DNA of 64,000 bases from a virus. Its lineage: Duplodnaviria > Caudoviricetes. The stretch lies in the IMG/VR virus record IMGVR_UViG_3300021399_000099, positions 64,001-128,000 of that record. The stretch is one strand, 5' to 3'. Below are positions 1-8,760 of this stretch, in pieces. The position numbers and the translations under genes are program-made. Each line of letters starts with the position of its first letter. The stretch's first letter is position 1. The notes beneath the pieces are model-generated. The model saw nothing but the letters and a program-made list of their open reading frames with translations. It was not told the DNA's origin and made no database searches.

Positions 1-323
1 TCCCATTCCTCACCGTCGTAGTCTCCAAGTTCATTAATGACTTCATCGCGTTCTTCATCGCAAGCGACATCTGCTTTTACGTCTTGTTCCTCCAATAACC
101 TTAGTGCGTATTCCAGCCGGTCCAGCCCCGCCCCGTCAAGTTCGAACCTAAGTGTAAAAATGTTTCTTGGTATCGGGTGAAAATTGTAAATACCCGCATC
201 ACCTACGTCGTTTCCAATAGGACCTATAGTACCTAAAGGATGATGCCAAGGCTCTCCCTCCATCGGTTCTGCTTCACATTCAATGTCTGTTACTCCGTGT
301 CTTTGCAAAAGTTCATAATCCAT
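1..323 (-). CDS. hypothetical protein, truncated by window edge (MDYELLQRHG...)
   Basis: ATG at 321-323; open frame runs off the window; class-2 promoter at 363-394. Confidence 0.6.
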   Translation of the reverse strand, partial: MDYELLQRHGVTDIECEAEPMEGEPWHHPLGTIGPIGNDVGDAGIYNFHPIPRNIFTLRFELDGAGLDRLEYALRLLEEQDVKADVACDEERDEVINELGDYDGEEW

Positions 324-362
324 TCTTTTAAGTTAAACTTTATCTCTTTATTTTTCCTATAC

Positions 363-394
363 CTAAAGTACAAAAATTAAACGGCAAAACAAAA
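363..394 (-). promoter_or_regulatory. class-2 promoter (TTTG-N19-TACTTTAG), Bacteroidota sigmaA-like
   Basis: Same spacing and motif recur at 7 intergenic sites; resembles the -33 TTTG / -7 TAnnTTTG consensus. Confidence 0.55.
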
Positions 395-1027
395 TTATCC
401 TTTTCTTTCCGGGTGCATTTGTGCCATATATTCAAAGACCAGGCATACCTCATAATCGCTGAGGGAGAATTTCTTCTTAAGGTCTTTCTCGTGGATATTC
501 CTGAGGAAGTCAGCCAGACCCATAAGATAGCCCCTACGTTCCGGACTGATAATCTCCGGACTGAGACCGAATTTTTGTGTGCCATCTATATCTATACCGG
601 CATAATGTGTTTCCTCATAATGTGTTTCTTTGTCCTCCTTTTCAGGCATAGTATTTGCGTAATTGGGAAAACCATATGAGTAGGTTTCCACCTTGTATTC
701 CGGCTTGCTCTTTTCCTCCTTGCAATCCCCGAGACGTATATCCCCAATTCCGCATTCGTACTTTTCCATACACGTTTTATTGGTGATAATCTTATAGAGA
801 TACTCACTGTCCCAGCCAACGCCGTAACAAGCATCAATTTCCCTGTAAGCATCGTCAAAGTCGGTAATCGCCTTTGTAATGGAATCAACGGTCCATTCCT
901 CAGAAGATAACTTTCCCAGGACCGGAGATATCTCTTCGTCAAGCATATACCCGTCACAGTGATGATAGAGGAACCGCTCATAGCCGCTTTCCTCGTTGAT
1001 AATCCAAACTGTTGCTCTTGTACTCAT
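395..1027 (-). CDS. conserved phage protein of MSTR...YHHxDGY type; paralog of 63399..63896
   Basis: MSTRATV...LYHHCDGY motif shared with 63399..63896. Confidence 0.7.
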   Translation of the reverse strand: MSTRATVWIINEESGYERFLYHHCDGYMLDEEISPVLGKLSSEEWTVDSITKAITDFDDAYREIDACYGVGWDSEYLYKIITNKTCMEKYECGIGDIRLGDCKEEKSKPEYKVETYSYGFPNYANTMPEKEDKETHYEETHYAGIDIDGTQKFGLSPEIISPERRGYLMGLADFLRNIHEKDLKKKFSLSDYEVCLVFEYMAQMHPERKG

Positions 1028-1052
1028 ATCTTATTTCATTTATTGTTCAATA

Positions 1053-1084
1053 CTATAATACAAAAATTACGCGAAAAAACAAAA
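1053..1084 (-). promoter_or_regulatory. class-2 promoter (TTTG-N19-TATTATAG)
   Basis: Recurrent motif about 25 nt upstream of ATG 1027. Confidence 0.5.
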
Positions 1085-1125
1085 CCGGGACACCTATGTG
1101 TTGATTTTTTTATCATTTAAGATGA

Positions 1126-1132
1126 TATTTAT
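1126..1132 (+). promoter_or_regulatory. putative late promoter TATTTAT
   Basis: Recurrent motif upstream of virion-type genes. Confidence 0.55.
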
Positions 1133-1158
1133 CATAGGTAATTGTATATACTTAAGAA

Positions 1159-2406
1159 ATGGCAGAACAATTTAACGAAAAAGAAGGCTTGTTAAAAGCG
1201 ATAAAGACCGCATTGAAGAGTGACAACTTCATTATGGCGGTATTCAATATGTTATTCGGCGACAAGAATGGTGCCAGAGAGGTGGAATTCGAATTAAGGA
1301 AAGCCGGACAGGAGAATACTTTGAACGAAATGGTGGCTGTACATCGTTTCTTTAAGTCTAACCTTAACGAATCAAAACTCGGTAAAGCCAAGGATATCTT
1401 TAAAGCTGGAAAACTTATGAAGAAGATAGGAAGTCTTAAAGGTAAGTCGGTTGATTTTTATAGGGAAGTGTTGATTAGAACCTTGAAAAAACCAGGACAG
1501 TTAGCCGCCCTAATGTATATGATAAAGGCGGTCGTCACTCTCGGTTATCCCATTGACGACGTGATTGCGATGCCGGTAGCCATTAAGTTCTTCATTGGCC
1601 TCCTGGAAACTGCTGCAGAGGTATCAGGTGAGGAACAGACGGAAGAACAACCGAGCATCAACGAACAGATTATCACGAATAAACTTCGCCGCAGTCTTAA
1701 ACACGCTTCACACCGAGGCCAGATTAATGAAGAAATTGAAGATAAGTACGGCGGTAGAATGCCCGTAAATGTCTATACGGGGCGTTTTCAGCCATTCCAT
1801 CTCGGTCACCTATCCAACCTTGAAGAAGCAGCTAAAAGAGGCCTGAGGACCGTTATTTGCCCCGTTATGGCTGGAAAAACCGCTAAGTCAATAGCCGCAC
1901 ACCCGTTTAATGGGAAACTTGAAGAAGAAATGTTCAGCAAACTTAAAGCCACGTACGGCGACCTTATTGCTGACATCATACCAATCAGTAGGCCATCGCT
2001 TGATACTTGGGTTGAACCGATAAGGGAACGCGGGATGGAACCTATAACCTGGACAACCGGAATGGACAGAAAGCCGTCCTATGAGGCAATGATTAACAGA
2101 TACGGACAAGATTTCAACCTTGTAGATAATTTTGAAGTTATCGGTCTTGAAAAGGATATGGATGCTGAAGGCGGCTCGGCTGAAGATACCGGAAAGATAT
2201 CTGGTACCGCAATTAGGCAGTGTCTTATCGACGGAAACATAGAAGGATATAAGGCCCAGATGCCACAATGCCTATGGAATATGTTCGATGAATTTAGACA
2301 AGCTCTTATGCCAGCCCAGCAGACGATAAGTGAAAGCGATGCATATTTTGAATACAGAAAACGCCTGGACGAAGCAATCGAACGGCTTGTCAAAGGAGAG
2401 AAATAA
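1159..2406 (+). CDS. HxGH nucleotidyltransferase (cytidylyltransferase/NMNAT-like) with long N-terminal extension; possible head-packaged protein
   Basis: YTGRFQPFHLGH, TTGMDR and ISGTAIR motifs; several LNE/INE sites; late motif upstream. Confidence 0.75.
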   Translation: MAEQFNEKEGLLKAIKTALKSDNFIMAVFNMLFGDKNGAREVEFELRKAGQENTLNEMVAVHRFFKSNLNESKLGKAKDIFKAGKLMKKIGSLKGKSVDFYREVLIRTLKKPGQLAALMYMIKAVVTLGYPIDDVIAMPVAIKFFIGLLETAAEVSGEEQTEEQPSINEQIITNKLRRSLKHASHRGQINEEIEDKYGGRMPVNVYTGRFQPFHLGHLSNLEEAAKRGLRTVICPVMAGKTAKSIAAHPFNGKLEEEMFSKLKATYGDLIADIIPISRPSLDTWVEPIRERGMEPITWTTGMDRKPSYEAMINRYGQDFNLVDNFEVIGLEKDMDAEGGSAEDTGKISGTAIRQCLIDGNIEGYKAQMPQCLWNMFDEFRQALMPAQQTISESDAYFEYRKRLDEAIERLVKGEK

Positions 2407-2444
2407 AAAAAAAAACGGACTTACAATAATGTAGGTCCGTTTTT
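2407..2444. terminator. bidirectional intrinsic terminator
   Basis: A-run, stem AAAACGGACTTACA / TGTAGGTCCGTTTT, T-run, between convergent genes. Confidence 0.8.
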
Positions 2445-2460
2445 CTATGTAGTCAATGTT

Positions 2461-2628
2461 TTACTCGGCCACAACTTGAAGTGAATCAGCAGGTGCATCA
2501 ACTGAAGTGGAATCAACAGCCTCTACTACCTCCTCTTCAACAACAGCGTTCTTTTTCTGAGAGTTTCCACAAGATGTGGCAAAAATCATAGCAAGAACGA
2601 ATGCAATCCCATAAAGAATCTTCTTCAT
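2461..2628 (-). CDS. small Bacteroidota-type lipoprotein
   Basis: MKKILYGIAFVLAMIFATS-C lipobox; acidic tail with DST/DSL motifs. Confidence 0.75.
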   Translation of the reverse strand: MKKILYGIAFVLAMIFATSCGNSQKKNAVVEEEVVEAVDSTSVDAPADSLQVVAE

Positions 2629-2671
2629 CGCTTTGTTGTTTTTTATCAATTATAGGCATTACGCCCGAATA

Positions 2672-2681
2672 TATAAATAGT
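2672..2681 (-). promoter_or_regulatory. putative late promoter ACTATTTATA
   Basis: Full match to the recurrent motif upstream of the lipoprotein. Confidence 0.55.
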
Positions 2682-2694
2682 ATCTTTCCTGGAA

Positions 2695-4323
2695 TTACTT
2701 CACAAAAGCGAAGATTTCCTGGGAAAGTGCCTTCTGTACCATTTCCTCCATAGTCAGAGGCGTACCGTCCGGCTTGGTCTGCTCTTCACCGCCAAGCAGA
2801 AGTGTGACGATAGAACCGTCAAATCCGCTGAACACGTAGTTGCCACCCTGGTCCATTGTTGCAGGAACATCGTGACCGGCACCATCACGGGATGCACAAT
2901 ACCACCAGATGAAGTTGAAGTTATCAACAAATTCATCACTGAATACCGTGCGGAGGAGTGCCCTTGCCGCTTCCTGGTTTGTAGCCTCACGCTCGCTGCG
3001 ACGATTGTAGTAACCGCTAGGATTGAACTGCATATCAGAAACTACGAGCAGGGTCTGAGGGAACTCACTCTCCGGAATTGAAGGGTGCTTTTTCCTTTCA
3101 TCCACAAGGAGTTCCACAAGAGACATGAAGTTGGTACCACCCCAAGCCGTAGTTGCATTGCGGATTGCCTGCCACTTCTCGGAGAACGTACCGGAAAGCT
3201 TCATAACACGCGAAGTGTTATCAAACATGGCAACAGTGTTGTGGAAGTAGCCCTCGTTCAACTCCGAGAAGTAAATACCGAGGGAGACGCACACATCATA
3301 AGAAGAGAGCCCATTGACACCAGAGACACCACAAGCCATCGAGCCAGAGGTATCGAGTGCGCAAAGCACGTTACCCTTAAGACCGCCCTGGTCCTTCTTT
3401 GCGAGCTCAATGAGGCCATCAAACTGCTTGTTGATGGTGTAGATTGCCGCAGCCCTTGAAGGTGCTGTGTTCATTGAGAGATTACGACCCATAGCATCAA
3501 GCTTCATACCGAGCTCATAAACATAGCCGGTGAATTTGACGGTAGGCTGGCTCATCACCCACTTGAGGTAATCTTCGGTAAGTCCGTGATTATCAAGGAA
3601 CTTGCCAGAGATAAGGTGGGTAAGGGCACGACCGGGAATGGTCTTCCAGTCAATGTCGGCATAAGACCTGGAGCAGATAAGCTTCTGGAAATCGTGGGCT
3701 GTACCCGAAGCCTTCATCTTGCGGTATTCCTTAGCACTGAGACCGAGGAAAGAAGCGAAAGCCTTAGCAAGTACGTTAAGAGTCTTAGCCCGGTCAGTCT
3801 TGCACTTTTCAGCCGACTTAATTGCGGGCATGTACTTGCGGATAAGGTCACACTGGGTGGCATCGTCGAGTCCGGCAGCCATAATGCTGAAGATGAAGCC
3901 CTTATCAATCTTGTTCTGGTTCTCCATATCAAGGAGCATAAGGGTCCAAAGGTCCTTCCAAGAGCCCACAACCGGGAGGAGCCAAGCATTACGCTTAAAT
4001 GCCTCCGGCTGATTGTATGCAACCCAAAGAATACGCTTGAACGCCTCGTCCCTAAGACCAGCACCCTTCTGTACGGCCTCGGTCTTTTCGTTCTCACTAA
4101 CCTTTACCTTTCTGGTTACAAGGCGGAGGTAGAAGGGGAAACGGATAGCTGATTCGGGGTCTTCACGCCAAAGCTTTGCCTGTTCGGCGAATACAGTTTC
4201 AATCGGCCTACCAATGGCAGTACCGGCGTGAGAAAACTGGTCAATTATAGCCTTTCCGGCAGTTGCAAAGGAAACAGCTCCGTTCTCAGTGAGAGTAATG
4301 TTCTTGTCGTAAATTGTTGTCAT
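2695..4323 (-). CDS. TROVE-like/DUF2828-type protein with C-terminal vWA domain
   Basis: TLTENGA start, GAGLRD, GSWKDL, MIDAS DTSGSM, WGGTNF, VVSDMQF, SGFD motifs. Confidence 0.8.
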   Translation of the reverse strand: MTTIYDKNITLTENGAVSFATAGKAIIDQFSHAGTAIGRPIETVFAEQAKLWREDPESAIRFPFYLRLVTRKVKVSENEKTEAVQKGAGLRDEAFKRILWVAYNQPEAFKRNAWLLPVVGSWKDLWTLMLLDMENQNKIDKGFIFSIMAAGLDDATQCDLIRKYMPAIKSAEKCKTDRAKTLNVLAKAFASFLGLSAKEYRKMKASGTAHDFQKLICSRSYADIDWKTIPGRALTHLISGKFLDNHGLTEDYLKWVMSQPTVKFTGYVYELGMKLDAMGRNLSMNTAPSRAAAIYTINKQFDGLIELAKKDQGGLKGNVLCALDTSGSMACGVSGVNGLSSYDVCVSLGIYFSELNEGYFHNTVAMFDNTSRVMKLSGTFSEKWQAIRNATTAWGGTNFMSLVELLVDERKKHPSIPESEFPQTLLVVSDMQFNPSGYYNRRSEREATNQEAARALLRTVFSDEFVDNFNFIWWYCASRDGAGHDVPATMDQGGNYVFSGFDGSIVTLLLGGEEQTKPDGTPLTMEEMVQKALSQEIFAFVK

Positions 4324-4369
4324 AGTGATTGTGTTTTTTAAGTTAAACTTCGTGTTACATACATTATAT

Positions 4370-4387
4370 TACAAAAACCGTGCCAAA
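4370..4387 (-). promoter_or_regulatory. sigma54-type -24/-12 promoter TTTGGCACGGTTTTTGTA
   Basis: Matches TGGCACG-N4-TTG(C)W; 47 nt upstream of ATG 4323. Confidence 0.7.
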
Positions 4388-4482
4388 CACAAGGCTTTCG
4401 CTATTAACAATATTAAAATACAGACTTTTTTTCGAAAAACCAACTCTTATCAATATTTTTCATAAAAAAACCACATTAAAAG

Positions 4483-4492
4483 ACTATTTATA
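4483..4492 (+). promoter_or_regulatory. putative late promoter ACTATTTATA
   Basis: About 20 nt upstream of ATG 4512. Confidence 0.55.
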
Positions 4493-4511
4493 TGAAAAGA
4501 ATTCTTTTATT

Positions 4512-5156
4512 ATGACTATTAACGAAAAAAGACAACTAAGCAACTATATTAAAGGGCTTGTACGTGAATCCCTTGGTGAGATGGACAATATGCCCAGCTG
4601 GTACAATGAGAAGAATCACGGCTTCGGTGATGAAGACGAATACGACGACTTCAAGAGCGGTTTCGAAAATGACGAAACCGACGGTGGGTTTGATGATTAT
4701 TCTGGGGAGAACGATGGGAATGATTTCTGGGAAGAATATGGTCAGGAGCAGCCCGGAAGGCATTATGAGGGTCCGGATGTAAATCCAGTGGCCGATGAGG
4801 AAGATGAACCTGCAGGACTCGATGAACTCCGCCGGCTTGCTGAATCTTACGCCCGTCAATCAGTTGCTCAAATACTTTCCGAGAGCAAAAAAAAGAATAA
4901 AAGAAAGAACAAGAAAGAGAAATCTTCAAGTAAGGATAAAACCGTTATTTCTCAGTTAAATGCTGACGGTACAAATGCCGCCCACTACTACTACAAACTT
5001 TATGGTGTAGAGAATGGTACGGACGCAGAAAAAGCTGCCGCAAGAAGCAAGGGTTATAAAAAGGCTAAGGGTAAGAAAAACGACACAGGAGTTCCTTACA
5101 AATTCACTTCAAAGGAAAGGAACAGACTTAATTCCCTCCTTACCGACAAGAAATAA
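4512..5156 (+). CDS. acidic/basic low-complexity protein, candidate internal head protein
   Basis: Start reassigned to MTINE; LVRESLGE and ILSES leader-type motifs; acidic middle, Lys-rich C-terminus. Confidence 0.65.
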   Translation: MTINEKRQLSNYIKGLVRESLGEMDNMPSWYNEKNHGFGDEDEYDDFKSGFENDETDGGFDDYSGENDGNDFWEEYGQEQPGRHYEGPDVNPVADEEDEPAGLDELRRLAESYARQSVAQILSESKKKNKRKNKKEKSSSKDKTVISQLNADGTNAAHYYYKLYGVENGTDAEKAAARSKGYKKAKGKKNDTGVPYKFTSKERNRLNSLLTDKK

Positions 5157-5160
5157 AAAC

Positions 5161-5191
5161 AATCCCAGGCATTAAGGACCTGGGATTTTTT
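5161..5191. terminator. intrinsic terminator
   Basis: AATCCCAGG / CCTGGGATT stem plus T-run between convergent genes. Confidence 0.75.
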
Positions 5192-5372
5192 ATCTATAAA
5201 CAACAGTCAGCCTTCCATCCTGATGTTCTTTTATGAACTTTTTAGCTTTTCTTATGCTTTCCGTAAAATATTCATCAATGACCCAGGTAGTGTGCTCGCC
5301 CATTTTTCCTTCAATTGCCAACCAATGAATATATCTCGTGTATTCTATTCTATACCACTTTTTAGTTCTCAT
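5190..5372 (-). CDS. hypothetical protein
   Basis: ORF tiles the minus-strand operon. Confidence 0.55.
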   Translation of the reverse strand: MRTKKWYRIEYTRYIHWLAIEGKMGEHTTWVIDEYFTESIRKAKKFIKEHQDGRLTVVYR

Positions 5373-5383
5373 AAGATTTTATT

Positions 5384-5734
5384 CTAAAGCTCTTTCCAAG
5401 TATAATCATATGCCAGTTCATCTTCGGTAGCCAGGCCATCCTTGTCCCCGATATAAAAGCAATCCAAATCAAAGGCCCTTGCCCGGTAAGAACCATACGT
5501 GCCACAAAATTCGTATGCACTTGAAATAAGGTTATGCAGTTCAATCATCTCGCTCTTGTCAAGTTTTATCTTGGCGGCAAGCGGAACGTCTTTACCAGTC
5601 TTTTCCTTTAGGAAGCCCCGCATTTTGTCTGTAAATACTACGAGCCGATAGAAATCCTTGGTAATCTTGTATTTCCCGTCTTTCCACTCTTCAAGACCGG
5701 ATATTAGATTATAATCTAATTTAAAGCTCCCCAT
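5384..5734 (-). CDS. hypothetical protein
   Basis: ORF tiles the operon. Confidence 0.65.
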   Translation of the reverse strand: MGSFKLDYNLISGLEEWKDGKYKITKDFYRLVVFTDKMRGFLKEKTGKDVPLAAKIKLDKSEMIELHNLISSAYEFCGTYGSYRARAFDLDCFYIGDKDGLATEDELAYDYTWKEL

Positions 5735-5739
5735 AAGAA

Positions 5740-6273
5740 CTAAAGTTGCTTTTTCCTGATTTGAACAATGACTTCGTCACTCATTTTAAATTTATCAAGA
5801 ATATCATCTGGCCAATCGAGAACCGTGGGCCCAACTATCCAGCCCACCTTTGTATTGAATGACGCTCCCTGCCCAGCTATCCACTCGGCGCCGGCTTTGA
5901 ATATATTTTTAACTATTTCCGGCTTTAAAAAGTTTTTATTTTGTGTATCGGCATATTTCTCTGCTGCCTCATCAACATTATCCGGCAGTTTAGGAATCTG
6001 AGCATTACGCCACTCTGCTCCCTCCTTAAAAGATTCTCTCGCATAGGCGTGTTCAGAATAAGTACAATTATCTGCCGCCTCGTCAATGTTTGGGGAAAGT
6101 GAAGATTCAATAATTTCACCGAATTGCCCATCTAAAACCCTATGGCACATTTCGGCAATATCTTCAACTTTGTCTTGTGCGTATTCATCAGCCGTATAGT
6201 TCTCGTTGTTTATTACAAGGTCACATTTACGAATAATGAACTTTAACAAATCTTTTACGTCTTCTCTTGTCAT
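5740..6273 (-). CDS. hypothetical protein with duplicated N(I/V)DEAA...FK(E/A)GAEW module
   Basis: Start reassigned to MTREDV; internal repeat visible. Confidence 0.7.
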   Translation of the reverse strand: MTREDVKDLLKFIIRKCDLVINNENYTADEYAQDKVEDIAEMCHRVLDGQFGEIIESSLSPNIDEAADNCTYSEHAYARESFKEGAEWRNAQIPKLPDNVDEAAEKYADTQNKNFLKPEIVKNIFKAGAEWIAGQGASFNTKVGWIVGPTVLDWPDDILDKFKMSDEVIVQIRKKQL

Positions 6274-6278
6274 AATCT

Positions 6279-6476
6279 TTACTTGTATTGTTTTCCGTAA
6301 TCGTCTTCCACAACATAGACACCGTAGTTCTTGTGGTAGTCCTCGTTGAGTTCCTTGCACTTTTTCAGTGCGTCGCGGAGCGTATGGTTATCACTCCATA
6401 TGCAATCATACGAACCGTCAAAATGATACCGAACGATTGTGTATATCGGGAGGTTAATTGGTTGTTTATTTTCCAT
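6279..6476 (-). CDS. hypothetical protein
   Basis: ORF tiles the operon. Confidence 0.6.
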   Translation of the reverse strand: MENKQPINLPIYTIVRYHFDGSYDCIWSDNHTLRDALKKCKELNEDYHKNYGVYVVEDDYGKQYK

Positions 6477-6478
6477 AT

Positions 6479-6871
6479 CTATATTAAATTTTCAAGGCAA
6501 TATTTAATAGCCGCTTCACAGGCTTCTTCATAACTGTTAAACCAGTCCCATTGCATTTTACTTGGAATGGGAATTTCCTGTTTTTGAATGAATACTTCAT
6601 ATCCCCAATTTTTATCACTGCCTATTACAGTATTGATACCAATGAAAAGATTATGGGTTTTTCTCAACCACTTCATTGTCATTTGAAGTGTTGGGGCATG
6701 AATACACCCAATAAGCCCATCACTATAGTATATTGAAATTGGAGAGTCAAAAAATTTTATTTTTTCTGGCGTTTCAGATAAAGTATAATAGTAGCCAATA
6801 GTGTCTTCGTCAAATCCTTTCTTTTTCAAGAGTTTTGCCGTTTCAAAACTTACGTAATCTTCGGTAATCAT
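6479..6871 (-). CDS. family A paralog 1 (MITEDYVSF...KWLR...YCLENLI)
   Basis: Three constant blocks shared with 4 other copies. Confidence 0.85.
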   Translation of the reverse strand: MITEDYVSFETAKLLKKKGFDEDTIGYYYTLSETPEKIKFFDSPISIYYSDGLIGCIHAPTLQMTMKWLRKTHNLFIGINTVIGSDKNWGYEVFIQKQEIPIPSKMQWDWFNSYEEACEAAIKYCLENLI

Positions 6872-7119
6872 AATTCTTTTATTTCCCTGATATAAGCATC
6901 AATTTTTTTTCTTGTAAGCCATATTGTGTTACTTTTTCCGCCTTTTGTACGGAAAGTTCTAAACGTGCCCACACTTGTACCTTTGTACCATCCTTCAGAC
7001 TGTTCCTTTGAAACCTTTTTTCGGAACATAAGGAGGCGTTTTATGTTAGTTCCGAAATGTTTTTGGAAGTATTTGCGTTCGTAGTTATTCAATCCTACGG
7101 TATCATGTTTTTCGTACAT
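6868..7119 (-). CDS. hypothetical protein
   Basis: ATGA overlap with the next gene. Confidence 0.6.
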   Translation of the reverse strand: MYEKHDTVGLNNYERKYFQKHFGTNIKRLLMFRKKVSKEQSEGWYKGTSVGTFRTFRTKGGKSNTIWLTRKKIDAYIREIKEL

Positions 7120-7218
7120 TTTATTTCTTCTCCGTTATGTCTAGTTCTGGGTTTTTCCGGGTCTATCTTCCCACCCATATAATCATTAAGAATCTTTATT
7201 GCTTCTTCCTTATTCATA

Positions 7219-7446
7219 TTACATTGAGTTTAGTTTGTTGATAAGTTTGTCTAACATGAGTCTCCCACCATTAAGGGTGTCCTCATTTTTCCACTCCTTT
7301 TTATAAGCTTGTTTGAGCCACGCCTTCTGTCCTTTTGCCCAATCCAGCAGAACGTCCTTACTGAGATAGCAAACATGATAAGGCAAACTTTCCGTCAATT
7401 CTTCTGCACTTATCTCATGCACATAAATCTTATCTGGTGCTTTCAT
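7219..7446 (-). CDS. hypothetical protein (MKAPDKIY type)
   Basis: ORF tiles the operon. Confidence 0.6.
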   Translation of the reverse strand: MKAPDKIYVHEISAEELTESLPYHVCYLSKDVLLDWAKGQKAWLKQAYKKEWKNEDTLNGGRLMLDKLINKLNSM

Positions 7447-7610
7447 TTAGTTTCCTCATTTCTTACGTTAAAGTCTTCACAATATTCGTGACCAAACACA
7501 TGGACTATTGTCGTGTGCGGATTGGTGCATATACCCTCCGGCTCGGTGCCCTCTGAACCGCTTATCGTTGGCTCATAATACTTGCAATACAAACAATAAT
7601 ACTTACTCAT
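7443..7610 (-). CDS. small Cys-rich protein (MSKYYCLYC...), absent from the ORF track
   Basis: 55-aa ORF fills the gap with ATGA overlaps at both ends. Confidence 0.6.
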   Translation of the reverse strand: MSKYYCLYCKYYEPTISGSEGTEPEGICTNPHTTIVHVFGHEYCEDFNVRNEETK

Positions 7611-7885
7611 TTCTTCCTTGCTTTAAGACCAAGTTCGTAGAAGTAATAAGCAATATTATTTAAAGTACCCCACCCAAAATCGCCATTTGGCTTATACCTT
7701 CTTGCCGCTTCCTCTAATTCCTTTTCCAAATCAACCTCTGGCTGTTCCTGCTGGAGAGAGGTAATGATAGAAAGGACATGATAGAGATTACCCTGCAAAT
7801 TGTCATATCCGCTATCGATAAGAAACTGTATCTGCGTTTTCAGTTTATCTGCGTCAATATATTTGTTCATAACGTTACTTATCAA
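7607..7885 (-). CDS. family C paralog (KYIDADKL...TSLQQEQPE)
   Basis: N-terminal and QQEQP blocks shared with 8080..8487. Confidence 0.7.
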   Translation of the reverse strand: MISNVMNKYIDADKLKTQIQFLIDSGYDNLQGNLYHVLSIITSLQQEQPEVDLEKELEEAARRYKPNGDFGWGTLNNIAYYFYELGLKARKK

Positions 7886-8090
7886 GCCATTTTAATGTTT
7901 CGTAATCCACTTGAATCAAGGCAGAAGATACGCCATTTCTGTAATCTAACGCAACCATAGACAATGTTCCGTTGGAATATTTCCTTCCCCTATCGACTTG
8001 AACATTTACTGCACAGTCGCGACCGATGTCCGTACGAATTTCCTGTAACCTCTCAATAAGCCCGTCGAGAGTCATTAATTTATTTTCCAT
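7875..8090 (-). CDS. hypothetical protein
   Basis: ORF tiles the operon. Confidence 0.6.
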   Translation of the reverse strand: MENKLMTLDGLIERLQEIRTDIGRDCAVNVQVDRGRKYSNGTLSMVALDYRNGVSSALIQVDYETLKWLDK

Positions 8091-8487
8091 TTTGATTCTT
8101 CTTATAAGCCCATTCTTCGACTAAAGTTTGTTCATCCCACGTACTTTCATCTTCGAAAGTATAAACCCATCCATCTTCTTCGTCAAACTCAACATTTACA
8201 ATTTTACCGAGAAGATACTCTCCTTCTTCATTTGAAGTATTGATGTAATAGGCAAGAACATCACCGACATTCCACCTCGACTTTTTCCCATGGACATACT
8301 CGGTTGATAGATAGCCATATTCTGGTTGCTCATCCGGTTGTTCCTGCTGGATGGAGGTGATGAATCTCCTGATGTCTTTCAAGGCACATTTATATCCGTA
8401 TTCTGCGTCCCCATCTTCAAAACCTTGTTCTTGAAGTATCCGCCTTTCTATCTCGGCAATCAGTTTTTCTGCGTCGATGTATTTCAT
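8080..8487 (-). CDS. family C paralog (MKYIDAEKL...TSIQQEQP) with a different C-terminal module
   Basis: Shared blocks. Confidence 0.75.
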   Translation of the reverse strand: MKYIDAEKLIAEIERRILQEQGFEDGDAEYGYKCALKDIRRFITSIQQEQPDEQPEYGYLSTEYVHGKKSRWNVGDVLAYYINTSNEEGEYLLGKIVNVEFDEEDGWVYTFEDESTWDEQTLVEEWAYKKNQNGK

Positions 8488-8496
8488 AAACTAAAA

Positions 8497-8757
8497 TTAT
8501 TCTGGTACATAAGCCGGGCATGCGTCGGCCTCTTCCTTTGTTGCAAAAGCATTGTTTGGGGTTATTTTACCGGGGATGTTACACATTGGTCCCGCCTCCC
8601 CATCGTGATACATTTCAAGGTAGGACTGCTTACCCTCCTCAAGGAATACATAAACATCTACATGAGTGATTTTAACTTGCTTCGCCTCGTTGGTAACCAG
8701 GTTTTTTCTCCATACAGTATCGCCGGGGTTAAATTGCGTTTCTATTGTCAGTTTCAT
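8497..8757 (-). CDS. hypothetical protein
   Basis: ORF tiles the operon. Confidence 0.65.
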   Translation of the reverse strand: MKLTIETQFNPGDTVWRKNLVTNEAKQVKITHVDVYVFLEEGKQSYLEMYHDGEAGPMCNIPGKITPNNAFATKEEADACPAYVPE

Positions 8758-8760
8758 AGG

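Noticed and set aside
4380-4511. GTG-start N-terminal extensions in the ORF track (4380, 42745) and similar extensions at 6360, 11371, 13186
   Set aside because: They overlap promoters or upstream genes; paralog alignment and motif position support downstream ATGs
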